A stretch of 64,000 bases of DNA from a bacterium (GCA_016703265.1 JADJCK010000001.1:389141-453140), one strand, 5' to 3'. Positions 9,789-20,197 are shown, numbered from the stretch's first letter. Numbers and translations are program-made. The notes: generated by a model from the sequence alone, not told the origin.

Positions 9789-11834
9789 CTAGCCCTTCAG
9801 GCTCAGGTAGACGAAGAACACCGCCACGCCCACGGTGAACGACCAGGCGTAGAACCGGACCAGGCCGTTCTGCAACAGCCTCAGGAGCGAGCCGATCACC
9901 GCCACGACGAGCGCCGATCCGTTGACCAGCAGCCCGTCGATCACGCCGGCGTCGACACCCTTCCAGAGCACTGTCTTCGACAGCCGGAAGCCCGGCCGGA
10001 TGAAGGCGCCCTGGTAGGCCTCGTCCACGTAGTACTTGTTCAGGAGCACGCGGTACGGCCAGCCGCCGGCCAGGCCGCGCACGGCGTCGGCCACCTTCGT
10101 GCGCCGCGAGTAGACGATGAAACCGAGCGTCAGGCCGAGCAGCCCCCAGGCCAGCGAGGCCGCCGCAAGGCCGCGCTCGAGGGCGACGTGGCCGCCGCCG
10201 TGTGCTTCGGCTGCGCCATGGGCGGCCGCCACGCCATGGGCCAGCGCCTCGCCACCGTGCGTCGCCGCCGCCGCCACTTCGTGGCCGCCACCGGCGAACA
10301 CGGGCGCCAGCCAATGCTCGAAGTGGTTCGCGCCGCCCAGGAAGGCCGGCCAGCCGATCCAGCCGCCGACCACCGACAGTACCGCCAGCACGACCAGCGG
10401 CAGCGTCATCGACAGCGGTGATTCGTGGATGTGGTGCCGCACCTCGTGGCTGGCGCGGTTCTCGCCGTGGAAGGTCAGCACGACCAGGCGCATCATGTAG
10501 AACGCCGTGAGGCCCGCCACCAGGAAGGCCACGGCCCACAGGGTGATGCCGCCACCGTCGCTGCTGAACGCCTTCCAGAGGATCTCGTCCTTGGAGAAGA
10601 AGCCGGCCAGTGGGAACACGCCGGCGATGGCGAAGGTTCCGGCCAGGAAGGTCCAGAACGTGATCGGCAGCTTCTTCGCCAGCCCGCCCATCACGCGCAT
10701 GTCCTGCTCGCCGCTCATGGCGTGGATCACCGAGCCCGAACCGAGGAAGAGCAGCGCCTTGAAGAAGGCGTGCGTCATCACGTGGAAGATGCCAGCCGCG
10801 AAGGCGCCCAGGCCGCAGGCCATGACCATGTAGCCCAGCTGGCTGACCGTGGAATAGGCCAGCACCTTCTTGATGTCGTTCTGCGTCATGGCGATGGTGG
10901 CCGCCACGATGGCCGTCGCCGCGCCGACGACGGTCACGACATGCATCGCCGTCGGCGAGAGCACGTACAGGAAGTTCATGCGCGCGATCATGTAGACGCC
11001 GGCCGTCACCATCGTGGCGGCGTGGATGAGCGCGCTGACGGGCGTCGGGCCGGCCATGGCGTCGGGCAGCCAGATGTAGAGCGGGATCTGCGCCGACTTG
11101 CCGGTGGCGCCCACGAACAGCAGCAGGGCGATGGCGGTGGCCGCCGGCGCCAGGGCCGCCGCGTGGTGCTGCATGGTGCGGAAGCTGAACAGGCCCTCGC
11201 CCGCGCCCAGGTGCGGCAGCAGCGTGACGCCCAGCAGGAAGGTGCCGATCAGGAAGCCGAAGTCGCCGATGCGATTGACCACGAAGGCCTTCTTGCCGGC
11301 GATCGCGTTCGCTTCCTCGTTGAACCAGAAGCTGATCAGCAGGTACGAGCAGAGTCCTACGCCTTCCCAGCCCACGAACAGCATGAGCAGGTTCTCGCCC
11401 AGCACCAGCGTCATCATCGCGAAGATGAAAAGGTTCAGGTACGTGAAGAATCGCTGGAAGCCCTTGTCATGGGACATGTACCCCAGCGAGTAGATGTGGA
11501 TCAGCAGGCCCACGCCGGTGACGATGAGGGCCATCACGCCGCTCAGCGGATCGAGGGCGAAGCCCAGGTCCACGTGCAGCGGGCCGTAGCCGAGCCAGGG
11601 CGCCACGATGTCGGTCAGCAGGCGCGCGTCGGCCGGCATCGAGACCAGCCGCAGGAACGCCACGACCGACAGCACGAAGCTGAGGCCCACCGCTCCGCAG
11701 GCGATGGCGCCAACCGCCGGCCTCGGCAGGCGGCGGTTCAGCAGGCCGTTGATCGCGGCCCCCAGCAGGGGCAGCAGCACGATCCAGCGCAGCAGGCTGT
11801 CCTGGACGACGTTTTCCGTTACGGGACTGTGCAC
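9789..11834 (-). CDS. nuoL: NADH-quinone oxidoreductase subunit L
   Basis: 681 aa NuoL/ND5-like subunit with a long C-terminal amphipathic helix region. Confidence 0.9.
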   Translation of the reverse strand: MHSPVTENVVQDSLLRWIVLLPLLGAAINGLLNRRLPRPAVGAIACGAVGLSFVLSVVAFLRLVSMPADARLLTDIVAPWLGYGPLHVDLGFALDPLSGVMALIVTGVGLLIHIYSLGYMSHDKGFQRFFTYLNLFIFAMMTLVLGENLLMLFVGWEGVGLCSYLLISFWFNEEANAIAGKKAFVVNRIGDFGFLIGTFLLGVTLLPHLGAGEGLFSFRTMQHHAAALAPAATAIALLLFVGATGKSAQIPLYIWLPDAMAGPTPVSALIHAATMVTAGVYMIARMNFLYVLSPTAMHVVTVVGAATAIVAATIAMTQNDIKKVLAYSTVSQLGYMVMACGLGAFAAGIFHVMTHAFFKALLFLGSGSVIHAMSGEQDMRVMGGLAKKLPITFWTFLAGTFAIAGVFPLAGFFSKDEILWKAFSSDGGGITLWAVAFLVAGLTAFYMMRLVVLTFHGENRASHEVRHHIHESPLSMTLPLVVLAVLSVVGGWIGWPAFLGGANHFEHWLAPVFAGGGHEVAAAATHGGEALAHGVAAAHGAAEAHGGGHVALERGLAAASLAWGLLGLTLGFIVYSRRTKVADAVRGLAGGWPYRVLLNKYYVDEAYQGAFIRPGFRLSKTVLWKGVDAGVIDGLLVNGSALVVAVIGSLLRLLQNGLVRFYAWSFTVGVAVFFVYLSLKG

Positions 11835-11838
11835 GGCG

Positions 11839-12144
11839 TCACTCCATCAGGGACTTGAGTTCGTCGACATCGACCGTCCGGCGGCGCCGGTAGATCTCCA
11901 CGAGGATCGCCAGGCCGATGGCGGCCTCGGCGGCAGCCACCGCGAAATTCATCAGCACGAAGACATGGCCGCCGGCGTCACCGTGGTGACGGCTGAAGGC
12001 GGCGAACACGATGTTCACGGCGCTGAGCATCAGCTCGATGCACATGAGCATGACGATCGCATTGCGGCGCACGACGAAACCGGCCATGCCGGTGACGAAC
12101 ACGGCAGCCGCCAGCGCCAGGCAGTGGTTCAGGCTCACGACCAC
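11839..12144 (-). CDS. nuoK: NADH-quinone oxidoreductase subunit K
   Basis: C-terminal 101 aa of ORF 11839..12375 (VVVSLNHCLALAAAVF...) is NuoK. GTG start at 12144 overlaps the nuoJ stop. The Arg/Ala-rich N-terminal extension was discarded. Confidence 0.8.
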   Translation of the reverse strand: MVVSLNHCLALAAAVFVTGMAGFVVRRNAIVMLMCIELMLSAVNIVFAAFSRHHGDAGGHVFVLMNFAVAAAEAAIGLAILVEIYRRRRTVDVDELKSLME

Positions 12145-12647
12145 GGCATTTTCCTTTCCCCCTGGCCCAGGGCCAGTGCGCCGATGATCGCCACCAGCAG
12201 CACGATCGAGATCAGCTCGAACGCCAGCAGGTACCGGCCGAGCAGGAGCGTCGCCACCTGTGAAGGCGATCCGAAGCCGGCCGGCACCGCCGGGAACGGC
12301 TCGGCGCCGCGCTGCCCCAGCCAGCCCAGCACGAGCACGAGCACGGCCAGCGGCGGGATGGCCACGGCGGGCCACAGCGGCAGCGCCATGCGCTTGCGCT
12401 CACCCTCCATGATCGGGCCCTGCAGCATCATGATGACGAACAGGAACAGCACCATGATCGCGCCCGCGTAGACCAGCACCTGCATGATCGCCAGGAAGGG
12501 CGCAGCCAGGACCGCGAACACGCCGGAGGCGGCGATGAAGGCGAACACCAGCCACAGCGCGGCCACGACCGCGCTGCGCTGCAGCACCATCATCACCCCG
12601 CCCAGCAGCATCAGCGCGCCGCAGGTCCAGAACAGGAAAGCCTCCAT
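12135..12647 (-). CDS. nuoJ: NADH-quinone oxidoreductase subunit J
   Basis: 170 aa hydrophobic NuoJ/ND6-like protein. Confidence 0.85.
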   Translation of the reverse strand: MEAFLFWTCGALMLLGGVMMVLQRSAVVAALWLVFAFIAASGVFAVLAAPFLAIMQVLVYAGAIMVLFLFVIMMLQGPIMEGERKRMALPLWPAVAIPPLAVLVLVLGWLGQRGAEPFPAVPAGFGSPSQVATLLLGRYLLAFELISIVLLVAIIGALALGQGERKMPWS

Positions 12648-12665
12648 CGGTCGTCCTTTCGCGGG

Positions 12666-13172
12666 TCAGCGCGTCCCGTCGGTCCGGTTGTGGAGCAGGA
12701 ATTCCTTGTCCACGATGAACTTGTCACGATGATCGGCGGCGATCTCGTAGATCCCCGTGTCCAGGCGGATGGCATCGCACGGACAGGCCTCTTCGCACAG
12801 GCCGCAGTACACGCACCGCAGCAGGTCGATGTCGAAGATGGCCGGGTACTTCTCGATGGTCGGGTCGTCGCTCTCGGCCGCCGTGATGTGGATGCAGTCG
12901 GCCGGGCAGTACGTCGAGCACATCTGGCAGGCCACGCAACGCGGCGTGCCGTCCTCGCGCTGCATCAGCCGGTGCCGCCCGCGGAAGCGGTCGCCGTAGA
13001 CGCGCTTCTCCTCGGGGTACTGCATGGTCGGCATGTCGCCGGTGTGGAAGATGTTGTGGATCAGGTGCCGGCCCGTGACGGCAAGCCCCTTCACCACCTC
13101 CCACAGGTAGATCGACTCGAGCAGCGAGCGCCGCTTGTCCGTCGATCCCTTGGCCAGTCCTTTGAAGCTCAT
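12666..13172 (-). CDS. nuoI: NADH-quinone oxidoreductase subunit I (2x[4Fe-4S] ferredoxin)
   Basis: 168 aa protein with two CxxCxxCxxxCP motifs (CVACQMCSTYCP, CVYCGLCEEACP). Confidence 0.9.
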   Translation of the reverse strand: MSFKGLAKGSTDKRRSLLESIYLWEVVKGLAVTGRHLIHNIFHTGDMPTMQYPEEKRVYGDRFRGRHRLMQREDGTPRCVACQMCSTYCPADCIHITAAESDDPTIEKYPAIFDIDLLRCVYCGLCEEACPCDAIRLDTGIYEIAADHRDKFIVDKEFLLHNRTDGTR

Positions 13173-13173
13173 G

Positions 13174-14457
13174 TCATTTCCCGCTTCCGACCGCCGCCAC
13201 GACCAGCGCGGTCACCACAAGGTTGGCCAGCCCCAGGGGCAGCATCACTTTCCAGCCCAGGCGCATCAGCTGGTCATAGCGGAAGCGCGGCAGGGTCCAG
13301 CGAACCCAGATGAACAGCCAGGCGAAGAAGACGACCTTGCTGACGAAGGCGCCGACCTGGAACACCGTGGCGGCCACACTGGCGCCGGCCGGACCGATCT
13401 CCCACGGCCGCAGCAGCAGCGCGCCGGCAGCGAGCGCCGCCGTGACCAGCCAGAGCCCGGCGCCGAGCACCGGCTCGCGGTCGCGCGCATCGCCGAACTT
13501 GCCCTTCTCGCGCTGCACGCGGCGCAGGAACAGCACGGCGAACAGGAGGCTGACGGCGATGATCGCCAGCAGCATGACCACCAGGAGCACACCGGCGTGC
13601 TGTTCGAGGGCCGGACGCGGCAGCCACGGGATCTGGTAGCCGCCGAAGTAGAGCGCGCTGATCATCGCCGCACCCACGACCATGTGGCAGTACTCGGCCA
13701 TGAAGAACAGCGCGAACTTCAGCGAGCTGTATTCCAGGTGGTAGCCGGCGACGATTTCCGACTCGCCTTCGGGCAGGTCGAACGGGTTGCGGTTCGTCTC
13801 GGCGTAGACCGAGGTGATGAACAGGATGAAGCCGAGGGGCTGCAGCACGACGCCCCAGCGGGGCAGGAATCCGAACAGCAGCTCGCCCTGCCCGGCCACG
13901 ATGTCCGTCAGGCGCAGGCTGCCGAAGATCAGCATCAGGCCCATGATGGCCAGGCCCATGCTGATCTCGTAGCTGATCATCTGGGCCGTGGCCCGGATGC
14001 CGCCGAGGAACGTGAACTTGTTGTTGGCCGCCCAGCCCGCCAGCACGATGCCGTAGGTGCCGAGGCTGGCCACCGCGAGCACGTAGAGCAGGCCCACCTG
14101 CAGGTCGGCCACGACCAGCGGGAACCGCTTGCCGCCGATCTCCAGGTAGTCGCCGAACGGGATCACCGCGTAGGTGCTGACCGCCACCGTCATGACCAGC
14201 CACGGCGCCAGGTTGTACAGCGCGCGGTGCCGGCCGGTCGGCGCGATGTCTTCCTTGAAGACCAGCTTGAGCACGTCGGCGATCGGATGCACCAGGCCGG
14301 CCAGCCGCACGCCGCCGATGGAGGCGCGGTTGGGCCCGGTGCGGTCCTGGATGTAGGCGGCGCCCTTGCGCTCGGCCCAGATGAGCGCCGGCACCATGCC
14401 CATGATCAGCAGGAACATGAACACGATCTTGGCCAGCGAGATGAGCACGATGTCCAT
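13174..14457 (-). CDS. nuoH: NADH-quinone oxidoreductase subunit H; about 80 aa longer than typical
   Basis: 427 aa protein with the NuoH/ND1 core plus an internal hydrophobic insertion (LEQHAGVLLVVMLLAIIAVSLLFAVLFL...LWLVTAALAAGALLL). Confidence 0.9.
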   Translation of the reverse strand: MDIVLISLAKIVFMFLLIMGMVPALIWAERKGAAYIQDRTGPNRASIGGVRLAGLVHPIADVLKLVFKEDIAPTGRHRALYNLAPWLVMTVAVSTYAVIPFGDYLEIGGKRFPLVVADLQVGLLYVLAVASLGTYGIVLAGWAANNKFTFLGGIRATAQMISYEISMGLAIMGLMLIFGSLRLTDIVAGQGELLFGFLPRWGVVLQPLGFILFITSVYAETNRNPFDLPEGESEIVAGYHLEYSSLKFALFFMAEYCHMVVGAAMISALYFGGYQIPWLPRPALEQHAGVLLVVMLLAIIAVSLLFAVLFLRRVQREKGKFGDARDREPVLGAGLWLVTAALAAGALLLRPWEIGPAGASVAATVFQVGAFVSKVVFFAWLFIWVRWTLPRFRYDQLMRLGWKVMLPLGLANLVVTALVVAAVGSGK

Positions 14458-15980
14458 CAGGCTTCCCCCCCGGGCAGCGCGCCGTCCTGCGGCAGCCGGT
14501 CAAGGTCCAGGGTCGGTGCCAGGGCGGCGCCGGCGCCCGCGCGCAGCGCCTTGAGGCTCGTCGGCGCCGCAGGGGCGCCGGCCGGAAGCATCTCGACCAG
14601 CACGCGCCAGTCCTCGCGCGCGTTGCCGGGCCGCGCCACCGCCTGGGCGAAGGGCTGCAGCCGTCCCTGCCGGTTGACGAACACGCCCGCCTTCTCGGCC
14701 CACATGGCGCCGGGCAGTACGAGTGCCGCCGCGCGGGCCGTGACGCCCAGGTGCGTGCCCAGGTAGACCACGTCGTCGCGGCCGGCCAGGGCCGCAGCCA
14801 CTTCCGGCGCCGCGGCAGGGTCGCCCCCGTGCACGAGGATCGCGCCTCGCGCGGCGCGGATCAGCGCCGCCAGTTCGGTCGCGCTGTGCTCGGCAAGGCC
14901 GGCCACGGCCAGGCCGCCCCGGTTCGGCGTGCGGTCGGCGGAGAGAAGGATGTCATCGCCCTTGCCGGTGTCGCTACCGGCCAGGCCGCCGCTGGTCGCA
15001 GCGGTGCCGGCCACCTGCCGGAGCAGCCAGAGCTCTTCCAGCGACTGGTGGGCGCTGCCGATCACCAAAGCGAAACCGCCACCGCCCACACGGGCCAGGT
15101 GGTTCTTCACCTCGGCCCAGGCCACGACCTGCCCGTGCCACAGGGGCTCGGTCAGGCGATCGACGGCGTGCACGGCCTTGTAGGTCAGGCGGCCTTCGTC
15201 GCACATCCACGAGCCGTTGACCTTCGCGTTGCGGCGCGGCTTCAGGCGGTAGATGCGCCCGGCCTCGTGATCGACGCGCACGTTGCAGCCAGTGGCGCAG
15301 CCGGGGCACACGCTGTCGGTCGACTTCAGCATCCAGACGCGCTTCTGGAACCGGAAATCGCGGCTGGTCAGGGCGCCCACCGGGCAGATGTCCACGGTGT
15401 TGACGGAATAGGCGTTGTCCAGCTGCCGGCCCGGCGCCACGCCGATCTCGGCGCGGTCGCCCCGGTTGAAGATGCCCAGTTCGCCGGTCTTCGTCACCTC
15501 GTTGCAGAAGCGCACGCAGCGACTGCAGAGCACACAGCGCTCCTTGTCGAGGATCACCTCGGGCCCGATCACCTGCGCCTTGGCCTTCAGCACCTTCTCG
15601 GACTGCGGCACCTGGCTGTCGTACAGGCCGTAGTCCATGTACTGGTTCTGCAGCCCGCATTCGCCGGCCTGGTCGCAGATCGGGCAGTCGACCGGATGGT
15701 TGATCAGGTGCATCTCGAGGATCTGCTGCGACGCCTTGCGGACCTTCTCGCTGCGCGTCTGCACGACCATGCCTTCGCGCACGGTGGTGTTGCAGGCGAT
15801 GGTCAGCTTGGGCATGCCCTCCACCTCGACCTGGCACAGCCGGCAGACGCCGGCGATGGACAGGTCCGGGTGGTAGCAGAAGTGCGGCAACGCCTCGCCG
15901 CGCGCCAATCGGCAGGCGTCGAACAGCGAGGTGCCGTCGGCAACCTCGATCGCACTGCCGTCGATGGTCAGTCTGGCCAT
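14457..15980 (-). CDS. nuoG: NADH-quinone oxidoreductase subunit G (short form)
   Basis: 507 aa protein with 2Fe-2S and 4Fe-4S cysteine clusters (CRLCQVEV, HPVDCPICDQAGEC, CVLCSRCVRFC). It lacks the long molybdopterin-like C-terminal part. Confidence 0.85.
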   Translation of the reverse strand: MARLTIDGSAIEVADGTSLFDACRLARGEALPHFCYHPDLSIAGVCRLCQVEVEGMPKLTIACNTTVREGMVVQTRSEKVRKASQQILEMHLINHPVDCPICDQAGECGLQNQYMDYGLYDSQVPQSEKVLKAKAQVIGPEVILDKERCVLCSRCVRFCNEVTKTGELGIFNRGDRAEIGVAPGRQLDNAYSVNTVDICPVGALTSRDFRFQKRVWMLKSTDSVCPGCATGCNVRVDHEAGRIYRLKPRRNAKVNGSWMCDEGRLTYKAVHAVDRLTEPLWHGQVVAWAEVKNHLARVGGGGFALVIGSAHQSLEELWLLRQVAGTAATSGGLAGSDTGKGDDILLSADRTPNRGGLAVAGLAEHSATELAALIRAARGAILVHGGDPAAAPEVAAALAGRDDVVYLGTHLGVTARAAALVLPGAMWAEKAGVFVNRQGRLQPFAQAVARPGNAREDWRVLVEMLPAGAPAAPTSLKALRAGAGAALAPTLDLDRLPQDGALPGGEA

Positions 15981-15984
15981 GGGC

Positions 15985-17307
15985 TCACTCCTGCTCGCCG
16001 CGCGGCCAGCGGCTCTCGGCCGCGACCGGGGTCTGGTCCTGGATGAGGGCCTCGAATTCGCCGCGGAACTTCGCCAGGAAGCTGCGCATGGGCATCACGG
16101 CCGCGTCGGACAGCGGGCAGATGGTGAGCCCGGCCATGCCCGAGCAGACGTGCTCTATGCGCTCGAGGTCTTCGGGCGTGCCTTCGCCGCGCCGCAGCTT
16201 CTTGACCAGCCTGTGCAGCCAGCCCGTGCCTTCGCGGCAGGGCGTGCACTGCCCGCAGCTCTCGTCCCAGTAGAAATGCATCAGCACCTGGATCAGTTCA
16301 ACCATGTCGCAGCGCTTCGGGATGATGATCATGCCGCCCGAGCCGAGCATGGTTCCCGCCGAGCCGAGCGACTCGTAGTCCAGGTTGCAGTTCATGATCT
16401 CGTCCGCCGGCAGCACCGGAACCGAACTGCCGCCGACGATGACGGCCTTCAGTTCCTCGCCGTCGGCCATGCCGCCGAGCACGTCGTTGAAGAACGTGCG
16501 GAACGGCATGCCCAGCGGGATCTCGTAGACGCCCGGCCTCTTGACCGGTCCGCTGACCGAGAACAGCTTCGTGCCCGGCGACTTCTCGGTGCCGAACGCG
16601 CGATAGGCCGCAGCGCCGTTCATGATGATCCAGGGCACCGAGGCCACCGACTCGACGTTGTTGACGATGGTCGGCTTCTTCAGGAAGCCGGACACCGCGG
16701 GGAACGGCGGCTTGATGCTCGGCTGGCCCTTGCGGCCCTCGACCGAATTGATCAGTCCCGTTTCCTCGCCGCAGATGTAGGCGCCGGCGCCCTTGTGCAC
16801 GATCAGGTCGAGGTTGTAGCCGCTGCCGAGGATGTTCTTCCCCAGGTACCCCGCGGCATAGCACTCGTCGACGGCCTTCTGCACGCGGTCGATGAGCCAG
16901 CCGAATTCGCCGCGGATGTAGATGAAGCCGAGGCTCGCCCGCACCGCGAAACAGCTGATGATGGTGCCTTCGATGGTCTGGTGCGGGTCGTAGTCCAGGA
17001 GAAAGCGGTCCTTGAACGTGCCCGGCTCGCTCTCGTCGGCATTGACGAAGAAGTAGACCTGCTCGGCGGCCTGGGGCACGAAGCCCCACTTGGTTCCCGT
17101 CGGGAAGCCGGCGCCGCCGCGACCGCGAAGACCGGATTCCTTGACCACCGCCTGCACTTCGGCCGGCTGCATGCCGCCCAGCACCCTGCGCAGGGCCTGG
17201 TAGCCGCCTTCCTTCTCGTAGACGGCCAGGCGGTGGCCGTCGGTGCGGCCGAACCGCGCCGACAGCAGCTTCGGCCCGCTCGGGCCGACGACGCCGTTGT
17301 GGTTCAA
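15985..17307 (-). CDS. nuoF: NADH-quinone oxidoreductase subunit F
   Basis: Carries the GLRGRGGAGFPTG NADH/FMN motif and the CGQCTPCREG 4Fe-4S motif. Start placed at TTG 17307 immediately after the nuoE stop. The alternative ATG at 17379 would overlap nuoE by 70 nt. Confidence 0.85.
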   Translation of the reverse strand: MNHNGVVGPSGPKLLSARFGRTDGHRLAVYEKEGGYQALRRVLGGMQPAEVQAVVKESGLRGRGGAGFPTGTKWGFVPQAAEQVYFFVNADESEPGTFKDRFLLDYDPHQTIEGTIISCFAVRASLGFIYIRGEFGWLIDRVQKAVDECYAAGYLGKNILGSGYNLDLIVHKGAGAYICGEETGLINSVEGRKGQPSIKPPFPAVSGFLKKPTIVNNVESVASVPWIIMNGAAAYRAFGTEKSPGTKLFSVSGPVKRPGVYEIPLGMPFRTFFNDVLGGMADGEELKAVIVGGSSVPVLPADEIMNCNLDYESLGSAGTMLGSGGMIIIPKRCDMVELIQVLMHFYWDESCGQCTPCREGTGWLHRLVKKLRRGEGTPEDLERIEHVCSGMAGLTICPLSDAAVMPMRSFLAKFRGEFEALIQDQTPVAAESRWPRGEQE

Positions 17308-17308
17308 C

Positions 17309-17866
17309 TCAGTCCACCCCTTCCCGGTCGGTGTCGGCCCGCGGCACGACGCCGCGGCGCAGGCTCTCCAGGAGCGCATCGGCCTTGGCCGGCGTCACGT
17401 TCTCGTACAGGTGCGTGCCCAGCTGCAGGCAGGGGCCCATGCCGCAGGCGCCCAGGCACTCGGCGCCCTCGATCTGGAACTGGCCGTCGGCGGTGCGCCC
17501 GCCCAGCTTAACGCCCAGGCGTTCCTCGAGGTGACGGATCAGCGGCCGGGCGCCCATGATGTGGCAGGAGATGTTGTGGCACACCTGCAGGGTGTGCTTC
17601 GCCTGCGGCGTGTCGCGGAACATGGTGTAGAAGGTCAACACCTCGTTCACGCGCGCATGGGTGACGTCCAGCTTCTCGACCATCAGGTCGACGCCGCCGG
17701 GCGGGACCCAGCCCAGCTCGTCCATGATCACCCACAGGCAGGGCATCAACGCGCTGGCCTTGGTCGGGTAGCGCGCCGCCAGGGCGTCGATGCGTGCCAA
17801 TGCTCCGGGCGAAAGCGCGAAGCCGGGCGTGCCGTCCATGGGCAGTTCTTGCATGGGCTTGGTCAT
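17309..17866 (-). CDS. nuoE: NADH-quinone oxidoreductase subunit E (2Fe-2S)
   Basis: 185 aa protein with the CHNISCHIMG...CLGACGMGPC thioredoxin-like ferredoxin motifs. Confidence 0.9.
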   Translation of the reverse strand: MTKPMQELPMDGTPGFALSPGALARIDALAARYPTKASALMPCLWVIMDELGWVPPGGVDLMVEKLDVTHARVNEVLTFYTMFRDTPQAKHTLQVCHNISCHIMGARPLIRHLEERLGVKLGGRTADGQFQIEGAECLGACGMGPCLQLGTHLYENVTPAKADALLESLRRGVVPRADTDREGVD

Positions 17867-17893
17867 CGGTTCAAGGCCTCCAGGCGCTTGCCG

Positions 17894-19621
17894 TCAGCGG
17901 TCCAGCTCGCCGGCGATGATGTTCAGGCTGCCCAGGGTCGCGATGGCGTCGGGAATCATCGCGCCTTCGATCATGAACGCATACGCCGAGAAGATCGGGA
18001 AACAGGGCGGCCGCACCTTCAGGCGGTACGGGTGCCCGCTGCCGTCCGAGACGGCGTAGAACCCGAGCTCGCCGTTGGCGCCTTCGCCGAACCCGTAGGC
18101 TTCGCCCGCCGGCACCTGGATGCCCTCGTAGACGAGCTTGAACTGGTTCATGACCCCCTCGATGCTCTGGTACACGTTGCGCTTGGGCGGCAGCGTGATG
18201 GCGCGGTCGTCCAGGTTGACCGGCCCGCCCGGCAGCTTGTCCAGCGCCTGCAGCACGATCGAACGGCTCTGCACCATCTCGGCCATGCGCACCATGATGC
18301 GGTCCTGCGTGTCGCCCGCGGTGCCGGTCGGGATCTCGAACTCGTAGTTTTCGTAGCCGGAGTACGGCGCCGTCTTGCGCAGGTCCCAGGCCAGGCCCGT
18401 GGCGCGCAGGCAGGGCCCGGTGAAGCCGAAGCTCAGCGCGTCGGCCTGGCTGATGGCCCCCACCCCGACCGTGCGGTCGAGGAAGATGCGGTTGCGCGCG
18501 ATCAGCTTCATCACTTCGCCATGGGCCACCATCAGGTCGTTCAGCTTGGAACGGACCTCGGCCCCGAACTCGGGATAGAGGTCATGGCTCAGCCCGCCGA
18601 TGCGCGCGTAGTTCGTCGTCAGCCGCGAGCCGCACAGCTTCTCCAGCGATTCGTACAGGCTCTCGCGGATGTTGTAGAGGTACCAGTAGTTCGTCAGCGC
18701 GCCGATATCGACCAGGTTCGCGCACACGCAGACCAGGTGGTCGATGATGCGCGAGAGTTCGCTGACGATGACGCGGATCGCCTGGCAGCGCGGCGTCACC
18801 TCCACGCCCAGCAGCTTCTCCACCGCGGCGGCATAGATCGAATTGTTGAGCATGGCCGAGCAGTAGTTGAGCCGGTCGGTGTAGGGCATCACCTGCGCCC
18901 AGGTGTGGTCCTCGGCTTCCTTCTCGAAGCAGCGGTGGATGTAACCGATTTCCGTGCGAGCCTCGAGGATAATCTCGCCGTCGAGCAGCATCTCGGCGCG
19001 CAGGGCGCCGTGCATGGCCGGGTGCGACGGGCCGATGTTCACCGTCAGCAGGTCGCTCGGGTGCACCTCGTCGCTCACGCCGCCGGCCCGCGCCGCCATG
19101 GCCGAGGCGCGGCGCGCCGCGCGCGTGATGTCCTCGTCCGCGAACAGGTGCTCGGGCTCGGAACACTCCTGGCCCTGCTCGATCGGGTAGTCCTTGCGCA
19201 GGGCATGGCCCTCGAACTGGTGATGGCAGAGGATGCGCCGCAGGTCGGGATGGCCGCTGAACGGCACGCCCAGCAGGTCGTACACCTCGCGCTCGTGCCA
19301 GTCGGCGCTGCGCCACAGGCCGGTGGCGGTGGGCACGGGCTGGTCCTCGGCCACGTCGACCTTCACGCGCAGGCGCTGGTTGCGCGACCACGAGCGCAGC
19401 AGGTAGTTGATCTCGAAGCGTTCGCCGCGCGCGGGGAAATCGACGCCCGCGATATCCGACAGCTGCTCGCAGCCCTCGGCCTCACGCAGGTGCGTCAGCA
19501 CGTCGATCAGCCGGTCACGACCGACCGTCACCGTCTCGTCGCCGCGGTACGAGCCCGTCGCGAGGATGGCGTCGCCGAACTCCCTGCGCAGGCTGTCGAC
19601 CAGCTTCTGGCTCATGCTCAT
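17894..19621 (-). CDS. nuoC: fused NADH-quinone oxidoreductase subunit C/D
   Basis: 575 aa protein. The N-terminal ~160 aa is 30-kDa-subunit-like (ERFEINYLLRS); the C-terminal ~410 aa is 49-kDa-subunit-like (MLLDGEIIL...RIGG...). It is a single continuous ORF. Confidence 0.85.
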   Translation of the reverse strand: MSMSQKLVDSLRREFGDAILATGSYRGDETVTVGRDRLIDVLTHLREAEGCEQLSDIAGVDFPARGERFEINYLLRSWSRNQRLRVKVDVAEDQPVPTATGLWRSADWHEREVYDLLGVPFSGHPDLRRILCHHQFEGHALRKDYPIEQGQECSEPEHLFADEDITRAARRASAMAARAGGVSDEVHPSDLLTVNIGPSHPAMHGALRAEMLLDGEIILEARTEIGYIHRCFEKEAEDHTWAQVMPYTDRLNYCSAMLNNSIYAAAVEKLLGVEVTPRCQAIRVIVSELSRIIDHLVCVCANLVDIGALTNYWYLYNIRESLYESLEKLCGSRLTTNYARIGGLSHDLYPEFGAEVRSKLNDLMVAHGEVMKLIARNRIFLDRTVGVGAISQADALSFGFTGPCLRATGLAWDLRKTAPYSGYENYEFEIPTGTAGDTQDRIMVRMAEMVQSRSIVLQALDKLPGGPVNLDDRAITLPPKRNVYQSIEGVMNQFKLVYEGIQVPAGEAYGFGEGANGELGFYAVSDGSGHPYRLKVRPPCFPIFSAYAFMIEGAMIPDAIATLGSLNIIAGELDR

Positions 19622-19690
19622 CCGTTCCCGTCGCGCGACGCACTGGCCGCGCGCTCAACTGGGGTAGACTAGACCCTCAAGCCATTGCCC

Positions 19691-20197
19691 TCAGACCTGG
19701 ACCCGCCCGGCGTGCCTGACGGCCGCGGGCACCAGCCCTTCGCGTTCGACCCGTTCCTGGATCTGCGTCAGGGCATAGAGCAGGTTCTCGGGGGTGGGCG
19801 GGCAGCCGGCGACATACATGTCGACCGGGATGACGCGGTCGGCCCCCTGCAGCGTGCTGTAGTTGTTGTAGAAGCCGCCGCTGCTCGCACAGGCGCCCAT
19901 GGCGATCACCCAGCGGGGCTCGGCCATCTGCGCGTAGATGGTGCGCAGGATCGGGGCCTGCTTGTAGCTGATGGTGCCGGCGATGATCATCAGGTCGCTC
20001 TGCCGCGGCGAGAAGCGCACCAGCTCGGCGCCGAAGCGACTGATGTCGTTGTACGACGACACCGTGCTCATGAACTCGATCGCGCAGCAGGCCACGCCGA
20101 ACGGCAGCGGCCACAGGCTGTATTTACGTCCCCAGTTGACCGCCTGCCGCAGGCGCGTGGTCAGGTAGTTGCTGGGGTTCTCGAGATCTACTGCCAT
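19691..20197 (-). CDS. nuoB: NADH-quinone oxidoreductase subunit B
   Basis: MAVDLENPSNY...LWPLPFGVACCAIEFM...GACASSGG...GCPP are the 4Fe-4S N2 motifs. The internal ATG at 20197 was chosen; the ORF-track upstream extension was discarded. Confidence 0.85.
   Translation of the reverse strand: MAVDLENPSNYLTTRLRQAVNWGRKYSLWPLPFGVACCAIEFMSTVSSYNDISRFGAELVRFSPRQSDLMIIAGTISYKQAPILRTIYAQMAEPRWVIAMGACASSGGFYNNYSTLQGADRVIPVDMYVAGCPPTPENLLYALTQIQERVEREGLVPAAVRHAGRVQV

Noticed and set aside
8265-11858. 718-aa and 477-aa plus-strand ORFs
   Set aside because: They are antisense to nuoM and nuoL. They have His/Arg/Gln-rich repetitive composition and no motifs.
15931-19672. 526-aa and 809-aa plus-strand ORFs
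   Set aside because: They are antisense to nuoF, nuoE and nuoCD, which carry unambiguous Fe-S and NADH-binding motifs on the minus strand.
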